Assembly (NCBI GenBank): GCA_041158505.1
Contig: JBEBBG010000010.1
Coordinates: 1 to 54,779 of the forward strand
From: Candidatus Parcubacteria bacterium
GTDB lineage: Bacteria; Patescibacteriota; Minisyncoccia; Phycocordibacterales; JAACPR01
Direction: 5' to 3'
Length of the DNA: 54,779 bases
Part shown: piece after piece, positions 9,513-17,053 of the stretch
Layout: each line of letters opens with the position of its first letter
Position numbering within the stretch: position 1 is the stretch's first letter
The notes under the pieces: model-generated
Told to the model about the DNA's origin: nothing
The model's database searches: none
The model's input: the letters and a program-made list of their open reading frames with translations, nothing else
Position numbers and translations under genes: made by a program

Positions 9513-9761
9513 ATGGATTACGTTTTACTTATTGGTATCGCAGGTGCATTTATAACACTTGTTTTTTATGCACTGCAGCAAACTGCCAAACTGAGCAGTG
9601 AGAGCGCGCTCTATGACACAGGAAATGTTATCGGCGGAGCACTCCTGACAACCTACGCGCTGCTTATTGGAAGTGTCCCATTTGCAGTTTTAAATGCCAT
9701 TTGGACCATTTTCGCCTTGCGAGATATTGTGTGCTACTACCAAAAAAAGAACGTGCGATAA
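9513..9761 (+). CDS. Small integral membrane protein (possibly CBU_0592-like family)
   Basis: 82-aa ORF with three hydrophobic segments. The ATG begins 2 nt after the tRNA-Leu CCA end. Family assignment is from memory only. Confidence 0.6.
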   Translation: MDYVLLIGIAGAFITLVFYALQQTAKLSSESALYDTGNVIGGALLTTYALLIGSVPFAVLNAIWTIFALRDIVCYYQKKNVR

Positions 9762-9779
9762 AAGCGCGTACATGCATCT

Positions 9780-10673
9780 ATGAAACAGCAGGTTCTCATC
9801 ATCGTAGGCCCGACCGCGTCGGGCAAAAGCGATCTCGCCGTACAGCTCGCAAAGCGCTTTAACGGCGAGGTTATTTCTGCTGATTCACGACAGGTGTACC
9901 GCGGACTCGACATTGGCAGTGGCAAAATCACCAAAAAAGAAATGAGCGGCGTTCCCCACCACCTCCTCGATGTTGCGAGTCCTCGCCGCACCTTTACGGC
10001 CGCACAGTTTGTCCGTCTCGCTAATCGTGCAATCAAAGATATCGCCAGTCGTGGCAAGCTGCCAATCATCTGCGGTGGCACTGGCTTTTACATTGACGCA
10101 CTCATCTACGAGCAACCGTTTCCAAATGTGCCACCAAACAAAACACTTCGTAAAACACTTGAGCAGAAAACCGCTACTGAACTTTTTGAAATACTTACAG
10201 AACTTGATCCGGATCGCGCTGATACCATTGATGCCCACAACAAGGTACGACTCGTACGAGCAATTGAAATTGCCACAGCACTTGGCAATGTTCCTAAAGC
10301 ACCTCCAAAAGAAGCTCGGTTTGATACGTGCATTATTGGCACCACCTGGCCAGACAATGTACTCCAGGATCGTATCCACAAGCGCCTGCACGCGCGCATG
10401 AAGCGTGGAATGCTCGCCGAAGCAAAGCGTCTCCACGCCGCTGGAGTTTCATGGAAACGAATGCACGATCTTGGCCTTGAGTACCGATACCTTGCACTCC
10501 ACCTCACCGGCAAGCTCTCGCGCGATGCAATGCTTACCGAGCTCGAAACAAAAATTTGGCAGTATGCAAAGCGACAGAAAAAGTGGTTTGCACAAAATGC
10601 CAACACTATGTGGATCACTCCACCTGCAACAAAAACAGTTGAGCAACATGTTGCGAACTGGTTGCAACAGTAG
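9780..10673 (+). CDS. miaA: tRNA dimethylallyltransferase
   Basis: P-loop GPTASGKS and the motif SADSRQVYRGLDIGSGK. Typical MiaA length of 297 aa. Confidence 0.93.
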   Translation: MKQQVLIIVGPTASGKSDLAVQLAKRFNGEVISADSRQVYRGLDIGSGKITKKEMSGVPHHLLDVASPRRTFTAAQFVRLANRAIKDIASRGKLPIICGGTGFYIDALIYEQPFPNVPPNKTLRKTLEQKTATELFEILTELDPDRADTIDAHNKVRLVRAIEIATALGNVPKAPPKEARFDTCIIGTTWPDNVLQDRIHKRLHARMKRGMLAEAKRLHAAGVSWKRMHDLGLEYRYLALHLTGKLSRDAMLTELETKIWQYAKRQKKWFAQNANTMWITPPATKTVEQHVANWLQQ

Positions 10674-10684
10674 GGTTGAGAAAA

Positions 10685-11458
10685 CTACACGCGCTCTATA
10701 GTCGCCACAATCGCATAGTGATCACTCACACCAGTCTCAAAATGCATGTGCGTCACTTTGTACTCAGGAGTTGTAAAGAGTCCATCCACCATGTACGGCA
10801 ATGGACCTGCTCGGTGTAAATCAGGATCTAAACTTGTTGTGTATGACGAATCAATGTTGTCTTTATATTTTTCTGCAAGCATCGTAAAAATTTCTCCACC
10901 GCGCGGCGCATTGAAATCACCGCACACAATTACATCCTTCAGTTCTTTGAGTGCTTGCAGCAAACCAACAATTTGCTCACGCTGAAAATCAGACGCAACA
11001 TCTCCAGGTTCATTTTTACAAAAATGTGTTGTGGCAACCTGAAACAATTGGCCATCTTTTTGGACAACAACTGACGAGAGCGCTAGTGCCACATCAGTAA
11101 AAATACCTGCGCGGTGCACGTTGAGGCGATCTCTGTTTCCGAAATAGTACTGCTCACGATACGCCGTAGTTGGAAGCGTTGTTACGATAAGCGTACCCCA
11201 AGGAATAAGCACGTATTCCCCATCATCCAAATCTTTTTGAGTCTTATCCACCCCATCAGATGTTTTGAGTAAGATCGGCGTGAAGTATGAAACAACTGAC
11301 ATTCCTGTGTAGCTAGCAACCATTGCTTCAAGCCGTGCAATATCATTCTCAAACACCTCTTGCATACAGACAATGTCTGGTTTGATCTGTACAAGTAGCT
11401 GCTCAATCTTGCTGAAGTGCCGTTTCCCCTCAATGTTTACAGAAACGAGATTGAGCAT
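10685..11458 (-). CDS. Endonuclease/exonuclease/phosphatase (EEP) family protein
   Basis: EEP landmarks are present: VSVNIEG, CMQEV, CGDFNAPRG and C-terminal SDHYAIV. Confidence 0.8.
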   Translation of the reverse strand: MLNLVSVNIEGKRHFSKIEQLLVQIKPDIVCMQEVFENDIARLEAMVASYTGMSVVSYFTPILLKTSDGVDKTQKDLDDGEYVLIPWGTLIVTTLPTTAYREQYYFGNRDRLNVHRAGIFTDVALALSSVVVQKDGQLFQVATTHFCKNEPGDVASDFQREQIVGLLQALKELKDVIVCGDFNAPRGGEIFTMLAEKYKDNIDSSYTTSLDPDLHRAGPLPYMVDGLFTTPEYKVTHMHFETGVSDHYAIVATIERV

Positions 11459-11463
11459 AGTGC

Positions 11464-11534
11464 GGGCGATGAGGGAATCGAACCCCCAACCGCGGTTTTG
11501 GAGACCGCTATTATGCCATTTAACTAATCGCCCC
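11464..11534 (-). tRNA. tRNA-Trp (anticodon CCA), 3' CCA not encoded
   Basis: The reverse complement gives acceptor GGGCGAT/ATCGCCC. Anticodon stem GCGGT/ACCGC with loop CTCCAAA. T-arm GGGGG-TTCGATT-CCCTC. Discriminator G is followed by CAC. Confidence 0.88.
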
Positions 11535-11598
11535 GATTAGTGCATGTACTGTACCAGAGACCTGGTCTCAATGCCAGCGCACGCTTGAAGGCATACAA

Positions 11599-11772
11599 CA
11601 AAAACACACGCCACCATTTCGAGATGCCCGCCGCAGCCGAGAGACGGAACGTTCACAAAATAAAAACGCCCAGCACTCCTGTTTGAAAACTTTCGCAGCC
11701 GATTTTCTTAAAGCTTTGCTTTGTAGAAAATCGTGCGAGGACTGCTTAAAAACAGGAGTGCTGGGTGTTTTT
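11599..11772. repeat. Copy 1 of a conserved intergenic module (core 11614-11652) plus adjacent 111-nt long hairpin (11662-11772)
   Basis: The 39-nt core ccatttcgagatgcccgccgcagccgagagacggaacgt is identical to 14796-14834. The preceding caaaaacac is also shared. The hairpin stem 11662-11684 / 11750-11772 has 23 bp, including a perfect 16-bp run. It lies downstream of rpmG with a T-run on the minus strand. Confidence 0.7.
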
Positions 11773-11779
11773 GTATCCC

Positions 11780-11935
11780 TTATTTCTTTACCTCCTTGTA
11801 CACTGTAGGGCGTCGAAGCTCTGGGTTGTACTTCTTGAGCTCGAGCTTTTTCTCGGTGTTTTTCTTGTTTTTGCGGGTAAACCGAATATGACCGGTTTCG
11901 CTGCACTTAATTTTGATTAATTTGTCCTGTGACAT
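11780..11935 (-). CDS. rpmG: 50S ribosomal protein L33 (below the ORF-track length cutoff)
   Basis: Manual translation gives MSQDKLIKIKCSETGHIRFTRKNKKNTEKKLELKKYNPELRRPTVYKEVKK (51 aa). The L33 signature is present (T.KNK.N..ekLelkKY.P..r). TGgTAACCT sits 9 nt upstream of the ATG. Confidence 0.9.
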   Translation of the reverse strand: MSQDKLIKIKCSETGHIRFTRKNKKNTEKKLELKKYNPELRRPTVYKEVKK

Positions 11936-11995
11936 AGTGGGTAGAGGTTACCATATTGCACAACGTATGGCAATACAATTCTAAGGCTCTATATA

Positions 11996-12024
11996 TTGAC
12001 AAAGCCAAATAAACCTGATATACT
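11996..12024 (+). promoter_or_regulatory. Near-consensus promoter TTGACA-17-TATACT, 9 nt before ATG 12034 (leaderless-type)
   Basis: TTGACA at 11996-12001, 17-nt spacer, TATACT at 12019-12024. No SD-like sequence lies before the ATG. Confidence 0.6.
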
Positions 12025-12033
12025 ACAGACATT

Positions 12034-13440
12034 ATGACAAGTAATAGCGGGGGCCGAAGCCTCCTTGGAAAAATCCTGTTTGTGGTCGGCGTGGTGATTA
12101 TCCTCATCATTTTGGGCTTTCTTATTATCAAATTTGTACCTCGAGTACTTGGTGGCCTTGCAAACGTTGGCTCATCGTTTGGAAGTATTTTCGGTAAAGA
12201 TGAGATTACCGTCTCAGCAGATACGCTCGCTATTGAAAACGGAGACACCGTAAAACTCTCATGGGAGCACGACAATAAAAATAAGCCTGGCGCATACGGT
12301 ATTACCTACGAATGTACGGATAATGTCGAGGTAGACATTCTCACCGACGCAGGCGCTCGCCGACTTGTCTGTGGAAACATCTATACGCTTGGTTTTGCAA
12401 ACAGTCGAGCTGCCGTAAAGGTAATGCTCAAGGAAGCAAACAGCTTTGCAGACGTTCCTCTACAGGTGTACTTCACCGAGAGTGGCAACACTACTCCTGT
12501 GGCATCTGGAACAGTTGTAATCACCGTACAAGACGGTAATCCAACTGCAGGAACTGGTGACTTAAGTGGTGATGCGGCGACAATTGAAAGTGAGCCAGCA
12601 CCTGAAACCAGCACCACTCAAAAAACGACCACAACACAACCAAAGACAACAACTGCAAGTCCTCGATCAGTTGGCACCACCTACGTTGCCACTGGCCCTG
12701 CAGACCTTACGGTTACAAATGTGATTGCAAGCAATACACAGGTTGGCTTCACCGTTTCAAACATTGGTGGACGAAGCAGCGGTACATGGGTATTTAGCTA
12801 CAACACACCAACCAATCCAAAGGAGACATTCACATCACCACTCCAGCTTTCACTCGCACCTGGTCAGGCAATTCGGTACACCCTCACCTTTGGCGCAAAA
12901 GCCTCTGATAATCAAACCGTTGCCATTGTTGCAGATAGCACCAGCTCAGTCAGCGAAGCTTCTGAGAGCAACAATATTGGTACGGTAACCATGACAGGCA
13001 GCGCATATGGCAATGGTGGTTCAAGCAATAACGGTTCATCAAATAATACCAACGGCAACTACGATGAAGATGACGATGCAGACTTTGTTATCGAAGATCT
13101 TGAAGTAGGACGCTACTCAGGTAACCGTTTCACCGAAGACGACAATGTAGACGAGGGAGATGATGTCGCAGTTCGATTCACTGTACGAAACCGCGGTGGC
13201 GAAGAGACCGATGATTGGCGCTTTGAAATCAAAGAGCTTCCTTACGATCGAAACGACACCTTCCGATCACGTGAGTACGATTCCCTACGCCCTGGTGAGA
13301 CTATCGAAATTATCGTTGAGCTCGACAATACCGACGAAGGTAACTACGATATCGAAGTTGAAGTTGACTCAGAAGACGACACTGACGAGGAGCGCGAAAA
13401 CAACAACAAGCGTTCAGTAGATCTCGAGGTTGAGAACTAA
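12034..13440 (+). CDS. Membrane-anchored surface protein with two CARDB-like domains and acidic C-terminus
   Basis: N-terminal TM (ILFVVGVVIILIILGFLII) and a Thr-rich linker (TSTTQKTTTTQPKTTT). Two segments resemble CARDB (DLTVTNVIASNTQVGFTVSNIGGRSSG...; VAVRFTVRNRGGEETDDW...). The tail is rich in Asp and Glu. Confidence 0.75.
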   Translation: MTSNSGGRSLLGKILFVVGVVIILIILGFLIIKFVPRVLGGLANVGSSFGSIFGKDEITVSADTLAIENGDTVKLSWEHDNKNKPGAYGITYECTDNVEVDILTDAGARRLVCGNIYTLGFANSRAAVKVMLKEANSFADVPLQVYFTESGNTTPVASGTVVITVQDGNPTAGTGDLSGDAATIESEPAPETSTTQKTTTTQPKTTTASPRSVGTTYVATGPADLTVTNVIASNTQVGFTVSNIGGRSSGTWVFSYNTPTNPKETFTSPLQLSLAPGQAIRYTLTFGAKASDNQTVAIVADSTSSVSEASESNNIGTVTMTGSAYGNGGSSNNGSSNNTNGNYDEDDDADFVIEDLEVGRYSGNRFTEDDNVDEGDDVAVRFTVRNRGGEETDDWRFEIKELPYDRNDTFRSREYDSLRPGETIEIIVELDNTDEGNYDIEVEVDSEDDTDEERENNNKRSVDLEVEN

Positions 13441-13454
13441 CACTTGCAATAAAA

Positions 13455-13488
13455 AGAGCGGCGGCCCGAAGGGCCGCCGCTCTTTATT
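13455..13488 (+). terminator. Rho-independent terminator
   Basis: A 13-bp GC-rich stem agagcggcggccc / gggccgccgctct with loop gaa, followed by ttatt. Confidence 0.8.
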
Positions 13489-13517
13489 ATTACCCCACCC
13501 ATCATTACACGGGAGCG

Positions 13518-13550
13518 TATTTTAAATGCAAAATACTTGCATTTAAAATA
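13518..13550. promoter_or_regulatory. Perfect 14-bp inverted repeat (candidate operator) overlapping the promoter of the downstream cassette
   Basis: TATTTTAAATGCAA-aatac-TTGCATTTAAAATA. The -10-like hexamers TAGTAT (13557-13562) and TATCCT (13560-13565) lie 11 and 8 nt before ATG 13574. Confidence 0.5.
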
Positions 13551-13573
13551 TATCCGTAGTATCCTACTTTTTG

Positions 13574-14311
13574 ATGCACATTCCCATACCCATCTATTGG
13601 AGCCCGGTGCAAGTTGACTTGTCGCTTGTACATCACCCTATCCTCACCAAAGCAGCACTCGCTCTTCCTGACTACCTCTACAACCGGCTTCACCGGTTCA
13701 TGAGTGTCATGCAAGAAATGGGTGCACTGCCACAGCTTGAACCTGCACTCCAGATTCTGGTTGATGAGCAGCCCCGCTGCTTCCATGCACAAGAGTACAC
13801 GGGTATTGAAAACCCACACTTCTCCATTTCTGGATGGTGTGGCGCGCTCGAACACCTGCAGCACGAGCTGCGCGATGTGTCGCCCATCTTGTGGCGAAGC
13901 ATTGCGTCCCTCTCTGCACGCCAAGAACCCGAGGTCGAACGCACCATCATTGAGGTGCAGGACGAACTCCCCTACGCGTGGGCAATCAGCGACGCTGCGC
14001 TCCATGCGCTCGGCAAGAGCTACGCACTGCTCCTCAAGACGCAATCCGACCTGTTTGAGGCGACTGGCATGATCTTTGTGCACGGCTGTGGCTGTAACCA
14101 CTACATCGCATCGTTGAACGGTATGAACGGCAAGGTTGAGTTCACTCTCACCCCCGACATGCAGCAAAACGTTGCACGAGAGTGGTTCGACCACTTCCTG
14201 AGCGAACTGTACCTCATCATCGTTGCAGGATTCCCTTTCCGAATGAATCCGCCCGAACACGAGTCGCTTGCAGTGATGAGCGGTCAGCGTCCAAATCGGG
14301 TGCTTGTATAG
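13574..14311 (+). CDS. Hypothetical protein (no recognisable domain), GC3-rich
   Basis: 245 aa from ATG 13574; the tracked ORF begins one codon earlier at TTG. The plus frame shows clean codon periodicity. The 274-aa minus-strand ORF has Cys/His/Arg/Val-rich antisense-type composition. Confidence 0.65.
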   Translation: MHIPIPIYWSPVQVDLSLVHHPILTKAALALPDYLYNRLHRFMSVMQEMGALPQLEPALQILVDEQPRCFHAQEYTGIENPHFSISGWCGALEHLQHELRDVSPILWRSIASLSARQEPEVERTIIEVQDELPYAWAISDAALHALGKSYALLLKTQSDLFEATGMIFVHGCGCNHYIASLNGMNGKVEFTLTPDMQQNVAREWFDHFLSELYLIIVAGFPFRMNPPEHESLAVMSGQRPNRVLV

Positions 14312-14390
14312 GCGCGACTTTTCACGCACAAGGTTCCAGACCAGTTACACCACTGTGTGTACTGGATTTTCTTTACCAATAAAACATAGT

Positions 14391-14777
14391 ATGACAGCAC
14401 TTATCGCAACAACACTTACCATCGCCGGGCTTACACTGCTATGGAGAAATTTTCGTTATGACACCGACAATCCGCTGTACACGTACTTTGAACAATTACC
14501 CTACGTATTGCGAAAACCAGTTACCTGCGGCCTCTGTATCACGTACTGGATTACGTTTATAACGCTTTGGTTTTACAATCCACTTCACACAGCGCTTTCA
14601 CTCGACGCACGCAACCTAACACTCATCAGTGAACCCTTCATGCACTTCATTGCATCATGGATGATCACTGGAACGATTGCTGTTGCGATTGTATACGTTA
14701 TTGAAACGTTCTACCAAATCTCTCATACGTTTGCACACCAAGCCCACCACAGCAATATCGAAGACACTACTACATAA
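14391..14777 (+). CDS. Hypothetical 3-TM membrane protein with CxxC-x3-W motif (DUF1360-like, tentative)
   Basis: 128 aa from internal ATG 14391 (MTALIATTLTIAGL...). The motif is VTCGLCITYWI. The first 29 codons of the tracked ORF overlap the previous gene. Confidence 0.6.
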   Translation: MTALIATTLTIAGLTLLWRNFRYDTDNPLYTYFEQLPYVLRKPVTCGLCITYWITFITLWFYNPLHTALSLDARNLTLISEPFMHFIASWMITGTIAVAIVYVIETFYQISHTFAHQAHHSNIEDTTT

Positions 14778-14781
14778 AAAC

Positions 14782-14882
14782 AAAAACACTCCACACCATT
14801 TCGAGATGCCCGCCGCAGCCGAGAGACGGAACGTCTCTCGAGCGAGAACCAAGGCATCGAGGAATGCGTGCGGAGTGTTTTT
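14782..14882. repeat. Copy 2 of the conserved module, embedded in a 101-nt A-run/T-run hairpin between convergent genes (bidirectional terminator-like)
   Basis: Outer stem aaaaacactcc (14782-14792) / ggagtgttttt (14872-14882). Inner perfect 7-bp hairpin gagagac-ggaac-gtctctc. The core at 14796-14834 is identical to copy 1. Confidence 0.7.
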
Positions 14883-14891
14883 GGTTAGTGC

Positions 14892-16976
14892 CTACAGGTC
14901 AATCTCTGCAAGCTTTGCGTTTGTAGTGATGAATGACTTTCGAGCTGGTACATCGGTACCCATGAGCATATCAAAGACGCGGTCTGCCTCTTCGGCGTCC
15001 GAGATGCTTACACGCTTCAAGATTCGGTTCTTTTTATCCATGGTCGTCTCTTTGAGCTCATCTGCATTCATCTCACCAAGTCCTTTGTAGCGCTGCACAC
15101 GGACCTTTGGTACACGCTTTTTGTCTGCAACTTCAACTTCCGCTTCCACAGCTTCGTCTTCTTCAGACTGCTCCTCTTCGCTAATCTCTGGCACTTCATC
15201 ATCTCCCAAAAGCTTGTGTTTCTCTTCATCTGAGTACAGATACACAACCTCTTTACCTCGTGTCACCTTGTAGAGTGGTGATTGTGCAATGTAGAGGTAT
15301 CCTCCTTCAATAATTGGTCGGAAGTAGCGGAAGAAGAGTGTGAGCAAGAGCGTTGCGATGTGCGCACCATCAACGTCAGCATCAGTCGCAATAATAATTT
15401 TATGGTAGCGAAGCTTTTCAATATCAAACGTATCTCCAATTGCGGCACCGAGCGCAACAACGAGGTTCTTAATCTGCTCTGATCCAAGCATGCGATCGAG
15501 ACGAGCTCGTTCGACGTTGAGAATCTTTCCTCGAAGTGGTAGCACTGCCTGCGTACGTCGATCACGACCAACTTTTGCCGTTCCTCCAGCTGAGTCTCCC
15601 TCTACAATAAAGAGCTCTGCCTCTTCGGCGCTCTTTGTTTGGCAGTCTGCAAGCTTACCAGGAAGCGTCATACCTTCGAGTGCACCCTTTCGAAGTACTG
15701 AATCCTTTGCTGCTTTCGCCGCCTTTCGGGCACGAACAGCCAGAATTACCTTCTGGATCATTGCTTTCGCATCGTCTGGATTTTCCTCGAGGTACATTGC
15801 AAACGCTTCACCAAAGACAGATTCAACGGCTCCACGCGCCTCTACCGAACCAAGCTTTGCTTTCGTTTGACCTTCAAACTGAATCTCGGGCATCTTGATA
15901 GAGATAACAGCAGTAAGGCCCTCAAGCACGTCATCTCCCGTGAACGCATCACCATCTTTTGCGAGGTTATTCTTTTTTGCGTAGTTGTTTAGACTTCGGG
16001 TCAGTGCAGTCTTGAAACCAGTCACGTGCGTACCACCCTCTGGGTTGTAGATAGTGTTTGCAAAGGCGGTGATACGTGCAGAAATATCATCAACGTACTG
16101 CAATGACACCTCTACGTTTACGTCACCAGCATCTTTGTGAACATAGAAAATGTTCTTATGAATTGGCTTTTGGTTTTTGTTATTAAACACAACAAGCGCA
16201 CGAAGTCCTCCTTCGAAGTAAAACGTTTGCGATGGCGCTTCAATGTTGCTCTCCGAGATGTAGTACACATCATCAGTGAGCTGCTTTGGATCAATGTTTC
16301 GTGCATCAATCACAGAAATACGCAGCCGATGGACAAGGTATGCCTGCTGTCGCATGTGGCTCATCACGCGCTTAAAACTAAACTCGATTGATTCAAAAAT
16401 AGTTGGGTCTGGCTGAAAGGTAATGATGGTACCCGTTCGATCTGATGCGCCAACCTTCTTTACATCTGCTTTCTTTTTACCAATCGCATACTCCTGCACA
16501 AATTTTCCTCCATCACGGTGCACTTCTGCTCGAGTGTAGGTAGAGAGCGCGTTTACTACAGACGCACCCACGCCGTGCAAACCTCCAGACACTTTGTACC
16601 CGCTGCCTTCACCGCCAAACTTTCCACCGGCATGAAGCGTTGTCATAATCGTTTCAAGCGCAGAAACCTTGGTGACCTTGTGCTTATCAACAGGAATACC
16701 GCGACCATTGTCGACAACGCGCACCATATTGTCTGGGAGGAGCGCGACTTCAATGTAGTCTGCGTGTCCCGCCATTGCTTCGTCACGAGAGTTGTCGAAG
16801 ATTTCAGTAATCAAATGGTGCAGACCATCTGGCCCTGTCGTACCAATGTACATACCTGGACGCTTTCGGACCGGCTCAAGACCTTCAAGAATAGTAATTT
16901 CATCTGCGCCGTAGGACTCTTTCTTTGATCGAATTGCTCCTTCAGCTGTTTTTTTAGCCGGTTTTTTATCTGCCAT
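14892..16976 (-). CDS. gyrB: DNA gyrase subunit B
   Basis: GHKL ATPase N-box (LHHLITEIFDNSRDEA), Toprim EGDSAGG, and PLRGKILNVE. An acidic insertion lies near the C-terminus. TAGAAT sits 11 nt upstream of the ATG. Confidence 0.95.
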   Translation of the reverse strand: MADKKPAKKTAEGAIRSKKESYGADEITILEGLEPVRKRPGMYIGTTGPDGLHHLITEIFDNSRDEAMAGHADYIEVALLPDNMVRVVDNGRGIPVDKHKVTKVSALETIMTTLHAGGKFGGEGSGYKVSGGLHGVGASVVNALSTYTRAEVHRDGGKFVQEYAIGKKKADVKKVGASDRTGTIITFQPDPTIFESIEFSFKRVMSHMRQQAYLVHRLRISVIDARNIDPKQLTDDVYYISESNIEAPSQTFYFEGGLRALVVFNNKNQKPIHKNIFYVHKDAGDVNVEVSLQYVDDISARITAFANTIYNPEGGTHVTGFKTALTRSLNNYAKKNNLAKDGDAFTGDDVLEGLTAVISIKMPEIQFEGQTKAKLGSVEARGAVESVFGEAFAMYLEENPDDAKAMIQKVILAVRARKAAKAAKDSVLRKGALEGMTLPGKLADCQTKSAEEAELFIVEGDSAGGTAKVGRDRRTQAVLPLRGKILNVERARLDRMLGSEQIKNLVVALGAAIGDTFDIEKLRYHKIIIATDADVDGAHIATLLLTLFFRYFRPIIEGGYLYIAQSPLYKVTRGKEVVYLYSDEEKHKLLGDDEVPEISEEEQSEEDEAVEAEVEVADKKRVPKVRVQRYKGLGEMNADELKETTMDKKNRILKRVSISDAEEADRVFDMLMGTDVPARKSFITTNAKLAEIDL

Positions 16977-17053
16977 AGTGTCTCACTATTCTATCAAAAT
17001 GACACCGTAGTACAAGCGACGTATACACAAAAATATGGCTTAGTAGAGCCTCT

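Noticed and set aside
11556-11568. Palindrome GAGACCtGGTCTC upstream of tRNA-Trp
   Set aside because: It is a short 6-bp dyad that cannot form a hairpin because the loop is 1 nt. It occurs once, so there is not enough evidence for a regulatory role.
11540-11617. 26-aa hydrophobic minus-strand peptide (MVACVFVVCLQACAGIE...) starting inside repeat copy 1, considered as a type I toxin
   Set aside because: The equivalent frame in copy 2 terminates after 9 codons. The conservation between the two copies is a block of identical nucleotides in a noncoding context, which does not indicate selection on a peptide.
11568-12275. Tracked minus-strand ORFs 11568-11906 and 11907-12275
   Set aside because: The first runs through the hairpin/repeat element and overlaps rpmG out of frame. 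The second overlaps rpmG and the CARDB gene promoter and start. The real gene here is the 51-aa L33 (11780-11935), which is missing from the track.
13505-14329. 274-aa minus-strand ORF fully overlapping the 245-aa plus-strand ORF
   Set aside because: Its composition is antisense-like, rich in Cys, His, Arg and Val. The plus frame shows regular codon periodicity and has its own promoter-like signal. Long shadow ORFs are expected opposite GC3-rich genes.
11599-14834. The two direct copies of the 39-nt core as att-like boundaries of a 3.2-kb island next to tRNA-Trp
   Set aside because: The flanked segment contains the core ribosomal gene rpmG. No integrase is present. The repeat lies 5' of the tRNA rather than overlapping its 3' end.
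14782-14882. Possibility that the rod-like hairpin with a GGAA(C) apex and CCAAGGCA string is the SRP (4.5S) RNA
   Set aside because: SRP helix 8 needs the AGG/AGCA symmetric loop 2-3 bp below a GNRA tetraloop. Here a perfect 7-bp stem underlies a pentaloop. The core is also present in two non-identical copies, unlike a single-copy ffs gene.
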